From Gnetum montanum (lineage: Eukaryota > Plantae > Gnetophyta): a stretch of 64,000 nt of DNA. Below are positions 24,836 to 37,762 of this stretch, in pieces (the first letter of the stretch is position 1; each line of letters begins with the position of its first letter). Location: assembly GCA_015680685.1 (NCBI GenBank), contig MNCI01003240.1:971832-1035831 (forward strand), read 5' to 3'. The notes below the pieces were generated by a model that was not told where the DNA came from, searched no databases, and worked only from the letters and a program-made list of their open reading frames with translations. Both the position numbers and the translations under genes were made by a program.

Positions 24836-27800
24836 GTAATTTTCCCTAGTTATTGAGTTGCTTTTTAATCCTTTGTAATTTGACGTGAGGGGTGGGACAT
24901 GTAGGTATGATCTTATACTCACCTTCCCCTTCACTGGAGATATCGAAAGGTACTCTGACCAAGAGATGTCAGTGGGAATGGCTCCTATATTTGTGTTGCC
25001 TAGTGTTTCCTCAGTTCTAGTAGGATCATGAGTTAATGGTTGGTTCATGTTTTGAAGTGCACTCATGGTGTCTTATTTAGGCTCAAAGAACTCAACCTTT
25101 GACCCTTGATCTATTCCTGGTTGTGAGGAAGTGAGTGATGTTGTTGTATCCCCATGTATGATGATTTCACCACACTCGTAAGGTAGGTGGATTTCTTGAT
25201 GGATTGGTGAGGATACGGCTCCAAGTTGAGCTAACCAAGGTCGTCCTAGAATTAGATTAAACCTTGGCATTTCATCAACGACTACGAATTCAGCCGATGT
25301 GGGGAATTAGTCCCCTGCTATGAAATCCAAGGTAACCATGCCTTTTACCATGACACGGGAACCACTGAAGGATTTTAAGAAAGAATTTATTGTGGGCTGT
25401 ATTTGCTCTGTAAGCACTAGTTTTTTGATGATAGAAAAAGGTATTACATTTGTTGCTGCACCTTCATCGACATGCACCCTACGTATCTTAAAGTGGTTGA
25501 CTTGTATTGTTATGAACATAGGGGCTGTAGTGACTTCTCTCATTTTCTCATCTTGCTTAATGTCATTAGCATGAAACTCTAGGGATGTGGTCCTTGATTC
25601 TTGAGGTTGTGGGGAAAGTACTACATAAATGGATGGCTCATCTATGGGAAGGTCCTCACAAATAGGAATCAAAGTCAACATTTGCACTAGAGCTTCCTGA
25701 TGTATCGGTGAAGTCATTACTAGATTGTACAGACTTAAGGAAGTATTCTTTTGTTTCAAGGCCTGTGTGACTTGGGTCAATGTGCTCTCTAGGTTCTTAC
25801 CATTTGGGACACTCTTTTCTATGGAGACTTGGTCCATTTAACCTAGCATTCGTATCTCTCATGGAGGGATTCTTGCGTTGGTAACTAGGGATGTTGGGTT
25901 TGGGATCCTGTGAGTGCCGGTATTCTTGTCTTGATTACTTGTGCTAGGCTCATGGGTGGACGGAACCATAGGAACAACATTTAGTGGTATGGACTGTGGT
26001 GGTCCTAATTTGTGCTTATGATGTTCTCTTTCTAGGCACTCTCTTGTTAGCCTATTAGCAAGGATTTCTCGTAGGGTCGCAGGGGAACGAAAGTGGGTTC
26101 CATGTCAAGGTGTTTTGGCACCCAGATCACAAAGGTAGTGGGTCAATTTTCTGATGATGTGGTTGTTGTTGCAATAGAAGGAGGTATGTGGACAACGAAT
26201 GGCCTTTGTGATACATGGGATGTGCGTATGATGAAAGGGGTTTGGGGAGATGTTGGGGTAGGTGTATTTTCTGACGGCTTGCAAATCACAAAAGGTTTTC
26301 GTAGGATGTCTTGTCCATTATCCACATGGATAGTTTTAATCACATATGGTGTGTCATTGGTATTGAGAGGATCCTTGTAGACTCCCATGGGTTGGTTTTG
26401 GGGCCTTACTAGGTTTGCTTCATCAAATACTATTTTACCTTTATCAATCATGCACTGTATATCCTATTTTAAGGTGAAGCAGTAGTCAATTTTGTGCCCA
26501 CACCATTGGTGCTATTCACAAAACCTATCCAACCTAAAGCCTCTTGGAATGGATGGCTCATTAGATATTGCTAAAGCTAGGTTCTTAGCTAACTCGTAGA
26601 ATTAATCATGTTTTTGGGATTCCGTAGGGAACATTTCTTTATGTTTGATTAACCCGACTCTTAGAAGTTGATCTAGCAATTGTGAAGGCTTCATAGGCAA
26701 GGGTGTATATTGGGTTGGATCCTTTCGTTCAAATGTATGAGTGTGAGGCATGTCTGTGTTTTTATTTGAGGAAGATTCAGGTGTAGGCATAAGTGTGGTT
26801 ACTTCACGATCGATTGGAGCAACTGGTTGTTTCTCTTTCTATCCTGGATTGTTAGGTTGGGTTATCTCTACCATTGCCACCACCATTGTTTTGGATTTAT
26901 CCTTATCTTTCCTCGTATGTTGGCTCCTAAAGGTCAAGTAAGCTAGGTCATTACTTGTTTGCGCCGCCTCTTCTATGTTCTTAATTTTCACAAATGCTTG
27001 GCTCAAAGTACGGGCACTCAAATAATAAAGTTTCGATTTAATAAAGTCATTCACGGTTGCCTTAAGGATGGTAAGAAAATATGTTTTGGGGATGGGCTCG
27101 TGAAGTTCATTTAGGGCTACACTCCACCTTTGGATAAATTTCTGTACTAGCTTTAATGGCACCTGTTTAATCTGAATCAAGCTATCCAGTGTGGCTTTAG
27201 GATTTAGATTATATTTAAAATAGGTAACAAACTGGTGTAACAAATCCTCCAGAGAGGATATGAAGTTACGGGGTAGAGCTCGGTACTAGTCTAAGTCTTT
27301 TCTTGTTAAGGACATAGCAAATACATGCAGAATTACATGAGGCTAGGCCTAAAGTAATAGACATTCTAGTCGAAATGTTACTAGATGGGCGTTTGGATCT
27401 CCCTCTCCATTGTACTTGGTTAACTAGGGTAATGAGACTCCATTTGGCAAGTTTAACGATGGAACTGAGGGGTTGATTGGATCATCTTGATAGAAGTCTA
27501 GTACCTTGACTTCCTCAGTATTTATAATTTTAAGGTTCTTTACCTCCTCTGTTAATGAGTGCATCATTTTCTTTGTGTCTACCCACTCTTGGGCGGTAGG
27601 CAAGCCAACGGGTTGAGTGGATCATGATTGATAGTAATTTGATTGTTCTATTGTTTGTGGAAAGGGGGATTGTTGGATTGTTAATTTTTGTGGTGGAGCA
27701 ACATTCAGAGATGAGATTGCAGGGTGTGATATGCTATAGTGAGTAGACTGGTGTCACTGAATAGCTGGTGGAACCCACTGCCCAGCCATAGGTTGTGAGC

Positions 27801-28622
27801 TGACACCTTGAACATGATGGGCTGAAATAATTAATGATGCTCACAGGATTTTCACTTGTGGTATGTAATGTATGGACATGGTTGCTGGTATAACTAATGG
27901 CATCCCAATTACTTGAGGTCATAAGGTCGATCCTGCATTAGTTTGGGGAGGGGGTTGTTGGGACTATACTTGTGGAGGTATGATGGAAGTGGACGTATCA
28001 GATTGAATGTTGGGCCTGGAGAAGATGGGAATGGAAGTGGGTACTTCCTGTAGAGAAGCCAGTGCTCAAGTGTTCACAGATAAAGGTGGAAGTATGGTCT
28101 CTTCTAGGAAGGGTTGGAATGATGGGTTTGTATGGGCATGAGGACTAACGGTATGGTATGAATCTCCATGCTCAAATGGGCTACAAAGTTGTCTTCGTCA
28201 TCTCCACTCTGAGGCTCTATTGGAGGTGGATGTAAGGCTTGAATTCTTGCCATGAGAAGCTAGGATATGAGAAGATGATGGTGTTCAGAAAGAGGGATTA
28301 TATCAAATGTTGAGGGAATGAACTCATAACCTCCTTTGTAAATAAGCTCATAGTTTCGTATTGCTTCTCTTTTTACATGGTCGATGGGCAGGTTGGCTTG
28401 AATATTTACACAGATAGAGTTATATTTTTTTGGTATGAGGGTTGCATACGTAGGGTCTTTGCCTTGTAGCCTAAGTGACTGGTGAATTGGGCCTTGAAGG
28501 TTTATTTGTTCAATAACAGTTATGGGTTCCGTAGCAGCAGTCACAGGCTTCAAAGTTTCATCCCCAAAGTTAGAGATTGGCAGTGTCACTGTGTTGATCT
28601 GGGAAGATTTCATAGTGAGCAT
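24833..28622 (-). pseudogene. gag: Gag and aspartic protease of element B, with stops
   Basis: Gag core (KYNGEGDPNAHL; FVTYFKYN...FIQRW), Cys/His motif near 26460-26525, protease RVHVDEGAATNVIP and FNLILGRPWL. Confidence 0.85.
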
Positions 28623-28639
28623 GAATAAACTAGGTTGGA

Positions 28640-28800
28640 CGAGCTGAGCGTGCAGAAGCTAGGTGGTTAAGCTGGCATGAGCAAGCTGACGACATTAGTA
28701 AGCTGACAGTGTGAGTAAGCTGACAGTGTGAGTAAGTTGACAATGTGAGTAACTAGGCTTAGCATTAGTAAGTCAAGCTAAGCGTGTGTAAGCTAGCTTA
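28640..28800. repeat. Short ~17-bp tandem repeat in the B 5' UTR
   Basis: AGCTGACAGTGTGAGTA repeated with variants. Confidence 0.7.
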
Positions 28801-28885
28801 ACAAGATGGGCTTCAGTTTCAATGCTTGATCTGTGCAGTGCTTGAACAGGTAGCGTGATCAACATTTTGATAGGATAGTAAGCAA

Positions 28886-28908
28886 GTTCGGCCCTCCTTC
28901 TAATGCTA
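28886..28908 (-). promoter_or_regulatory. Primer binding site, tRNA-Asn-like
   Basis: Reverse complement TAGCATTAGAAGGAGGGCCGAAC resembles TGGCGCTAGAAGGAGGG (complement of the plant tRNA-Asn 3' end, recalled from memory); adjacent to the 5' LTR. Confidence 0.75.
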
Positions 28909-28914
28909 ATTTAC

Positions 28915-30572
28915 TGTACTAACCAAAATCGTTAGTGTAAGGCTGGAAGGGAAAAAAATACCAAAAGATCATTGGATAGGCACAACTGACCCTGCCTTCA
29001 CCTGAGGGCAAGCTAGGAAATGGAAACAAAGGCAGAGTGCCTTGGATGGTTTGCATGCAAATCAACCAAGGACTTCCCTAAGCGTAAGCTATGGCTTGTG
29101 TTGGGGTTATCGTAACTGATGTGCAAAAAATGTAAACAGTGATGCAAAAAATGCAAATAGATTGTATACAAAATAGTATTATAAACAAAGCGTAAACTAA
29201 ATTTAAAATAGAGTAAACAATCTAATGCANGTCAGCTTGCTCATGCCAGCTTAACCACCTAGCTTCTGCACGCTCAGCTCGTCCAACCTAGTTTATTCAT
29301 GCTCACTATGAAATCTTCCCAGATCAACACAGTGACACTGCCAATCTCTAACTTTGGGGATGAAACTTTGAACNCATTTATAGGGTTCAGCTGGGCTTAG
29401 GTGTGGAACTCATGGATGGAATCAATGGCTGAGAAATGAGAGGAAAATAGATTAGGTGACACATGTTTGATGGACAGCTGTGTGTGAATTAGATGTTTGT
29501 AGGCAAGCTACGTTCTTGTCCAGATGCACTATATCTTACAGCGTGTGTTTGCTTATGCAAGCTAGCTTATGCTCATGGAAGCACATACAATTTGGAGTGT
29601 AAGAGCCTAGAAAGCTCACAAATGATGAAAATTTACAATGAAAATGACAATATACAATAGGAGAAATTGACTTCAGCTCACTTGAAACTTCTCGATCCTT
29701 GAATTGACTATTGTAGGATGTCAATTTGAGTGGTTTTGTGGTTGTTCGAGGCATCTTTGTTTCACCAGATCTTCTAGTGTGATTTGATTTTGTCTTGGTT
29801 TATCTCCAGTGTGTTCACACTACACTCACGTTGTACTCATGCTGCACTCATGCTATACTCATGCTGCTAGCATGACTTGAGTGTGACCTGACGAAAATGA
29901 CATGTTTCACACCAATTTTTTAATATTTGAAGCCTTTTTCTTGAGTGCAACTATTGTCTAACTATGGTTAACCCTGGGAGTGATCTCCAAGTTAAAAATT
30001 GAGTTTGGACATGCCCTGTTTTAAAGCACTTTTGATAGCTCACGTTGGACTCACGCTGCCAGTGTGAGCTTAGCGTGAGCTACAAAAACTTGCAATTTTG
30101 AATCTAAAATNAATTTAAAATATTGAATTATGGAGACTAAAACTTGAAGTTGTCAACAATGAACCCTAAGGATGATTTTCACCTTAGAATTTGGATTATT
30201 TTGACTCAATTTTAAGGCTCTCAGAGTTGGTCATGCTGTACTCACGCTGCCAGCTTGACCTTAGCGTGACTACAACGTGAGTGAGAACATTTGTACCATT
30301 TGACCTAAAATTTGAATTCCTGAATGTTGAAACTTCAACTAGACACAACAGTGACCCTTGCGACTGCCTTGCATCTTCAGATTGAACCACCTTTGACTTG
30401 ATTCTGAAGTTGTTGGAGTTGCTCACATTGAGGGTAAGCTAGCTTGACAAGCTAAGCATGAGCAAGCTGGGCGTGAGTTCCATGCCTTAGTTAAATTTTT
30501 GCATCCCAAAAGCTAAAATGGCTCTAGGTTGTTCTCATTTCAAAGTGTTAGGTTGAAATTAGTGGTTTTTTA
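28915..30572 (-). repeat. 5' LTR of element B (contains N-bounded assembly joins)
   Basis: Direct repeat of 11600-13336; single Ns at 29230, 29374 and 30111. Confidence 0.9.
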
Positions 30573-30577
30573 GGCAT

Positions 30578-32100
30578 GATGCACATTGAAATGGGATTTA
30601 GGCTTCTTACGAAACTTGACCATTTTAGCCTGTAGACTTTTGCACAGATGCTTGGCCTAATTGTAACGGGTCCCCTCTTCCATGACCTCTCTCACTTGCT
30701 AAGCCTGCTTGATCCCAATGATTTTTCCTTAGGAGAGTAGCTTGGGGAAAGCACGGGCATGGAAGATGGGGTAAACCATTTTGGCCACTCTTACCTTGGC
30801 CTCTTCAATATGGATCCCCTTGCAGCCCTTCTCCACCCCTAGCCACTCCTCAATGTCTTCTTGATGGTTTGCCTCATTTTTGGTCTTTTCTCACATGGGG
30901 AGACCATCAGAAGGGACATAGAAGAGATCCATGAATAGTTGGTCATTAATCTCAAGGACCATTAGCACATCGTGGACATGTGTGCGGAAGCGGTATGCTC
31001 TTTCTGAAAAGGAGTCAGCTAGGGTAAGCATCTCGGCAGCTGGGACACTTGGGTTGACAACCATGAACAACTCCATGAGCCTAGCATCCCAAAGGTTATT
31101 GATGAGCAATTCTATGGTCCCGTTGCAGAGCTAGGTTGGGTCTCATCCACCTCCCCATACTTGAAATAAATGTTGGCCTTGTTATGCCTAGAGGTGATCA
31201 CGGTTACCTCCTGGGACTTCTTTGCCGGTGTAGCAGTTTACAAAAAGAAAAAGAAAAAAGTTAAACAAAACAAAAAATAGAAGAAAAATAGAAACAACAC
31301 TAGAACATGCAAAACATAAACTCATGCTCTTACATACAAGGTTTAAACGACGACGGGAATGGTGGGAGATCCACCAACACATCTTCAACAATAATCGGCC
31401 TAAGGGATGCCCAATCCCCATCCAACCAATTGGCTTCCTTACACATATTGTAAAACTAGAAGTGCTGGGTTGGATAGGTTTGTACTCACCCCCACATTGG
31501 CCTATCACAGTGGTGCACACATTCCCAATGGAGGAAAATTCTTGCAAAGCCATCTATGCCAAAGCCAAGGCATCAGTACCACCGTGAAGCCCACTCTTGT
31601 CAATATAAAACCTAGTAACAAAAAAAATACATACGCTGTTAACATTGTTGCCTAGTGTAGCATGCATTGCAGAATGTGATGGAATATGTTTACAGAACTC
31701 ACCCACTATTAAAATAAATGGTTCCTAGTGGGTTTTGAAGACAAGTGCCCATGTGGTAGGCAACAAACAATGTATTGTATAAGTGGTAACACTTATACTC
31801 TAGCATCTCCTAGATCTAACTCAAGTGTCTTAGGCTTTTTGGGCACTTGTTGGATCCTCCTGCCTGCTCGCCCCTGATTACCCCATCGATCAAAATTTCA
31901 GAATACCTCAGTTTGCCCTAGACAATAGGGTTTCTGTAATTGTGGCTACTACCTCCACCGATAAGTGTGACCAAACAATCACACTGAAGTGCTGGAGGAG
32001 GAATTGTAGGAAGTCCTGCGTGCCTTCCCAGAACTAGATAGCTTGTCGCTCCACACGTGCAGAGGGCAGAGCAACATTGGCCATCGATTCACTTAGGTAG
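30578..32100 (-). pseudogene. 5' half of the antisense accessory gene of element C
   Basis: ORF 30891..31109 (MELFMVVNPSVP...DSFSE...DLFYVPSDG) matches B 21272..21835; the exon at 31340-31610 matches B exon 21039-21310. 5' end uncertain. Confidence 0.7.
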
Positions 32101-33311
32101 CACAAAACCCCTAAAATCTCCAAGATAATCAGAATGGGTTTTAACATTACCCTGCACAACAAAATGGCAAATGTTAGCATTATGTTTGAGTGGAGGTCGC
32201 ATGTAGCATAGCACGATTAGCCATTTGCAAATAGCGTAGCATAACCCTTTCTTTGCATGTAGCGTAGCATAAGCCCTTGGTAGCAAATAGCATAGCATAA
32301 CACTTCCTTTGCATGTAGTGTAGTACAACAACATAATAGATTTACAACTATGGTAGATTCACCAACAGAACCACAAGATTAATAGCATAGCAACACAATA
32401 TTACCGATGCATTGATCTAAAGATTTTACAACACATCGACCTAGCGTAACAAAAAAATTAAATACAAATTTCAAATCAAAAATAATTTAATAGACTACTA
32501 CCATTTTGACAAATCTCTTGCCATACAAAATTATTCATGCTATGCTGCAATAAACACGTGTCACATTGTCAGATCTCATGCATGACCAAACCCTCCTGAG
32601 GATTGTACACTATGCTATTCACATGCTAGATTGCCAGGACCACCTAAACCTCTGTGGTGAGGTAGTCACAACAATGGTGGTCTGAGCAATACTACATGTA
32701 GCCTTAGCGTAGCATCCATACACCCATCATAGACGAATAAGTAATAGTGGCGGTGTAATAGCCAAAATGGTAACCAAAATGGTAATAGAAGACGCAAATT
32801 TCAGTATGAAATAAAAAAGAAAAGAAAAGAAAATAATAGAAATATGGAATGCAAAGGTAGCGTAGCAAATTATCAAGCCAATGAAGTCTCCTCTTGTACT
32901 GCAATGCACGCCTATGACAAACATCCCAGGGTGTCTTTCAGCTCGTCCACCTTGGTGAGCGCTAGGTGTTTGCATTCTCTTTTTGGTGCCATTGTATGGA
33001 TTGTAGATTCTTTCTTAGTCGCTACGCTAAATCGCCTTGCTCTTTGTCACTACAACCACTCTACGCTCTAGATGTGGGCTCTGCGCTTATAATTAAAATG
33101 ATGAGTTTAGCAAGGGTAAACCCCTATTTATAGCCAATGCGGTAAAAGGGAACTTTTCAGTTTTGTACCCCGATTAATGTGGGACACTTGGTATAGCATA
33201 GCACTCCTGCCATAGCGTAGCATCACTGTTTGCATCGTAGCAGGTGGGCCCAACCAAAACTCTTGTCCCACCTAAAACTAACAACTTACCTTTTTCGAGA
33301 ATAACCATTTG

Positions 33312-33610
33312 TAGTCTGCAAAGATCTTAAACTAATAGTTTTGACCTTTGCAACAATAACTCATTGACGGTCGCAAAGATCTTAAATTACCAGTTTTGAC
33401 TCATAGTTTTGACCAAGTTAGTAGTCCGCAAAGACCTTAAACTAATAGTTTTGACCTTTGCAAGAATAACGCGTTAACGGTCCGCAAGGATCTTAAACTA
33501 GTAGTTTTGATTCATACTTTCAACCAAGTTAGCGGTCCACAAAGACCTTAAACTAACAATTTTAAACTGCAACTCTGCATCCAGGCAGTCCGCTATGACC
33601 TTAAACTGGA
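33312..33610 (+). repeat. TAAAC motif array upstream of C pol (with a ~110-bp higher-order duplication)
   Basis: GTC(C/T)GCAAAGA(C/T)CTTAAACTA...GTTTTGAC occurs ~6 times. Confidence 0.85.
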
Positions 33611-33755
33611 AGCTTGCGAATTTTGCATCACAGTTGATGATAACTTTAACCATTTCATATTTGATAGTTTCTTTGCAAATTTTTATTATGCGTTGTTGCT
33701 ACAAATAGGTATCACTTGACTTGGCTTTTATCTTATTGTTGCAAGTTGAGCAAGA

Positions 33756-36700
33756 ATGGCCATGCATCATGATCTATCTTCACTTTTAGCCTTGGTAGGC
33801 CCACATGGCAAGCTTACAAGACAATTAAACCTAGAGTTAATAGACTGGGAATCACCCACTGATAGCACTGTTGCATCCTTAGAAACATCCCTAGACTAGC
33901 CTGAACAACTGGTCCAAGCCTTAGATTTAGAGGCCAAGGATGTAACTGAGGATCCTCTCATTGAAACTCCTGTGACTACATCCAGGGGGGAAATAAAAAC
34001 TTTAAAACTTAGCTCCCTCTTAGATTCAGAAACGCACAAAGATGTATCCAAGATCCTCCAAGACAACATCGAGGTATTCTCGTGGTCCTATAACAACATG
34101 CTGAGCTTATATCTGAGGCTTATACAACATAACATTATTTTAGATCCGCGTGTGAAGGCAGTTAAGCAAAAGGCTTGCAAGATTAAACCAGAGATCACAC
34201 TGGTCGTATGCGATGAAATCACTAAGTTGTATTAGGCCAGTTTCATCCGGGTAGTTGATTACTTAGAATGGGTGTCGAACATCATTATAGTTTCTAAGAA
34301 AATGGTAGGAATACGAATCTGTATAGACTTTTAGGATCTGAACAAAGCAACGATCAAAGATGACTTCCCACTACCGAGTATTGATCAACTCATTGACACT
34401 ACGATTGGTCACACTCTACTATCTTTCATGGATGGTTTCTCTGGCTATAATAAAATTCGTATCAACCTAGAGCATCAGTTAACAACCACTTTCATGACCC
34501 CATGGGGTGCCTTCTGCTACACTATGATGCCCTTTGGACTCAAAAATGCCAGAGCAACCTACCAAAGAGCCATGACATACATATTTAGTGACTACATCCT
34601 AGAAACACTAAACAACTATGTGGATGATATAGCAGTCAAATTTAAAGAGGTTGCTGACCATCCCAACAATCTAGGTGTAGTCCTCAAACATTGCCAGATG
34701 CATGACTTACGCCTCAACCCAAAAAGGTATGTCTTCGAGGTAAGAACTGGACACATGTTAGGGTTTGTAGTATCAGAGGATGGAATATGAGTGGACCCTA
34801 ACAAAGAAAAAGGCCATTGTTAATCTAGCACCCCCTACCAACATTAAAAAATTACATGGGTTGCAAGGTAGGGTACAATTCATTAGAAGGTTTATAGCAA
34901 AGTTGGCTGACAAGTTACATCCCATGCAACACTTACTAAAGAAAGGGGTTAACTTCAAATGGACAACGCAATGCCAACAAGCCTTCTATGACCTAAAGAA
35001 AGAGCTTTTACACCTCCCAACTGTTTACCCACCGTAGAGGGATAAGCTTTTCTACATCTACCTTGCCACCTCAGACATGTCTATCACGACACTGTTATGT
35101 CAGAGAAGAGATGATGGCTCTGAGATCCCAATTTATTACCTAAGTCATGCATTGATAGCATACGAGATGAAGTACAATGAGGTGGAAAGAAATTGCCTCA
35201 CCCTAGTGTTTGCATTAAAAAAGTGGAGGCATTATCTGTTTTGTAGCAAAGTCAACATTATATGCAAAAGTAATGTACTCTAGGCTATCATGAACAATCT
35301 ATACGAAAGTAGCAGGATAGCCTGGTGGAAGGTCATAACCATGGAATTTGATTTACATTATGTGACCCAACTATCAATGAAAGGTCAAGCCATAGCTACG
35401 CAACTCACGACCTCACTTGTCGATGATCGGGCAACCATTGAATGCAAATTCCTTGACAAGCATGTTACCACTATCAACTCTATCCCATTACATCTCAAGG
35501 CTACTTTACATTTCTATGACACCTTGACTAAAAGAGGTGGTAGTTCAGCTACCATCATTACGTTTCCCTCTAGGGACATTCAACTGTTTGCTTATTGGTT
35601 CACGTTCCTTTGTATGAACAACGTGGTAGAGTAAAAAGGACTCCTCAGGGGCCTCTTAGTATCTTGAGCGTTAAAAATTCAACATCTAGCAATTCACGAT
35701 AGTTCACAACTCATTGTCAATCAAATCACTAAGGTCTATGCTTGCAAAGCTACTCATCTACAACCCTATTACGACCTAGCTAAAATTTTGCTTAAACAGT
35801 TTGCCACAACAGATGTTAAACACGTGCTGGCAATGAGAACATCGTAGCAGATGCCTTGGCCACCCTAGCATTAAATGTGCCACCACACCTGTTCGCAACT
35901 TTTCCTGCTTCGATAACCGAGAGTATGGAGCCTAACACTCAAGTGGTACACGTTCCCTCTGTGAGCATTGCCGATACCCAAGAGTGGTATGCCAACATTA
36001 AAGCATATCTGCAACATGGCGAACCCCCACGTCAATTAACATCTACTCAAAGGGATGTGATTCGCAAGTATGCTCGACAATATGTACTCATGGGAGATAA
36101 TGCCTTATGCAAACTCTCCTTTGATGGGATATTGCTAGCATGCGTAAATAAGGGAGAAGCATAAAAGATCATTAATGAGGTTCATGAAGGACTGTGCGGA
36201 GAACACATAGCTCCTAGGGCCATGGTAGCAAAGATCAGACACCTAGGGTATTACTAGCCTCACATGGAACAAGATTGCCTTGCCAAAGTTAAGACTTGTG
36301 GCACTTGCCAATGATATGAAGATCTTATACATATTTCACCTACTAAGTTACACTCGATGCATATCACATGGCCATTCCAACGATGGGGACTAGACATTAT
36401 AGGACCTATCACACCTAAGTATTTTGCAGGACATAGCTTCATTATTACCTTCACTGAGTACTTTACAAAGTGGGTAGAGGCTATCCTGCTTAGGAAGACT
36501 ACATTTCAACAGGTTTACCACTTTATATTGGGTAACATAGTGACAAGGTTTGGGCTTCCCATGATTATTGTGATAGACAAAGGACCACAATTTAGTAGTG
36601 CAGAAACCAAAACCTTTTGCAGCAACCTTGGCATTAAGTAATCCTTTTCCTTGCCATACTACCCACAAGCAAACGGATAGGCAAAAGCTATGAAAAAAGC

Positions 36701-37226
36701 CATCATCAACTTGCTCAAGAAGATGCTTAGCAACATCAAGAGACGATGGGACAAGCAAATCCTCTATGTATTATGGGCTTATAGAACGGTATGCAAGATG
36801 ACAATAGGTAAAACTCCTTACAGTCTTGTTTACGGATCTGAAGTGGTGTTACCTCTTGAGCTGCAGGTACCATCACTTCGAATGATCCTGTCAAACGTCA
36901 TGAACGAAGCCTAGAACAATGAGTCGAGGATCATCAACCTCGACTCCATAGAGGAGGAGCATGCACAAACACTCGGTCACATCGAGCGATATCAAGACAG
37001 GTAACGGAAGAAGCATCATGCAAACCCACATCAATGGCCAATAAAAAAGGGAGACCTCATTCTCAAGGCTGCTTGTGAACATGTGAACAAATTCTTAGCA
37101 AACTAGGAAGGTCCATTCATGGTCACAAAAACCTACGGCAACAGAGCCTTCAAACTAGCAAACATGGATGGAAAAGAGTTCACAAATCCTGTGAATCATT
37201 TGTATCTTAAGCCATACTACATTTGA
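33756..37226 (+). pseudogene. pol: Pol of element C: RT, RNase H, aRH, integrase; stops and frameshifts
   Basis: MDGFSGYNKI...MPFGLKNA...YVDD; IPIYYLSHAL; FLCMNNVVE; WGLDIIGP; TPYSLVYG; stop TGA at 37224-37226. Confidence 0.95.
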
Positions 37227-37247
37227 TGTGTGAGCAAGGTAAGAAAA

Positions 37248-37762
37248 TCATTCGCTACAACATAAAACTGGTAAAGCCTGTTCGCTACAACGTAAAACTG
37301 GTAAAGATAGTCTGCTATGACTATAAACTAGCACAATGATAGTCCACTATGACTATAAACTAGCATAGACCATCCGCCATGACATAAAACTGGCAAAGCA
37401 TGTCTGCTAATTCATTAAATTGGCACATACGGTTTGTGACGACCTTAAAATAGCCCATCCACTATCTGCTACAATGATAACTTAGCACAGTGATTTGCTA
37501 GGACCTTAAGCTAGCACAGCGATCATCCGCTACAATGATAAACTAGCACAACAGTCTGCTAGGATCTTAAACTAGCACAACAGTCTGCTAGGATCTTAAA
37601 CTAGCACAACGGTCCACTAGGACCTTAAACTAGTACTGTGACTATCTACTACAATGATAAACTAGCACAATGGTATGCTAGGACCTTAAACTAGCACACC
37701 AATGTCTGCTAGGACCTTAAAATAGCACATCAAATAGTCTACCAGGACCTTAAACTGGGTTT
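37248..37762 (+). repeat. Array of ~17 pseudoknot-motif units (~29-31 bp) downstream of the C integrase
   Basis: e.g. CAGTCTGCTAGGATCTTAAACTAGCACAA twice; GGTC C ACTA G GACC TTAAAC TAGT at 37611-37634. Confidence 0.92.

Larger units (their letters stand above)
11600..30572 (-). mobile_element. Full-length (~19 kb) Tat-group Ty3/gypsy element B
   Basis: Two LTRs, 5-bp TSD GGCAT (11595-11599 and 30573-30577), PBS, PPT, gag-PR and RT-RH-aRH-INT on the minus strand. Confidence 0.95.

Noticed and set aside
29231-29373. Inverted copy of 28549-28690 inside the B 5' LTR
   Set aside because: It is bounded by single Ns, essentially identical to its source and absent from the other LTR, so it is most likely an assembly artefact.
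37248-37762. preQ1-I riboswitch resemblance (hairpin plus A-rich tail)
   Set aside because: Only the topology is shared; loop nucleotides vary freely, and the context is a plant retrotransposon UTR.
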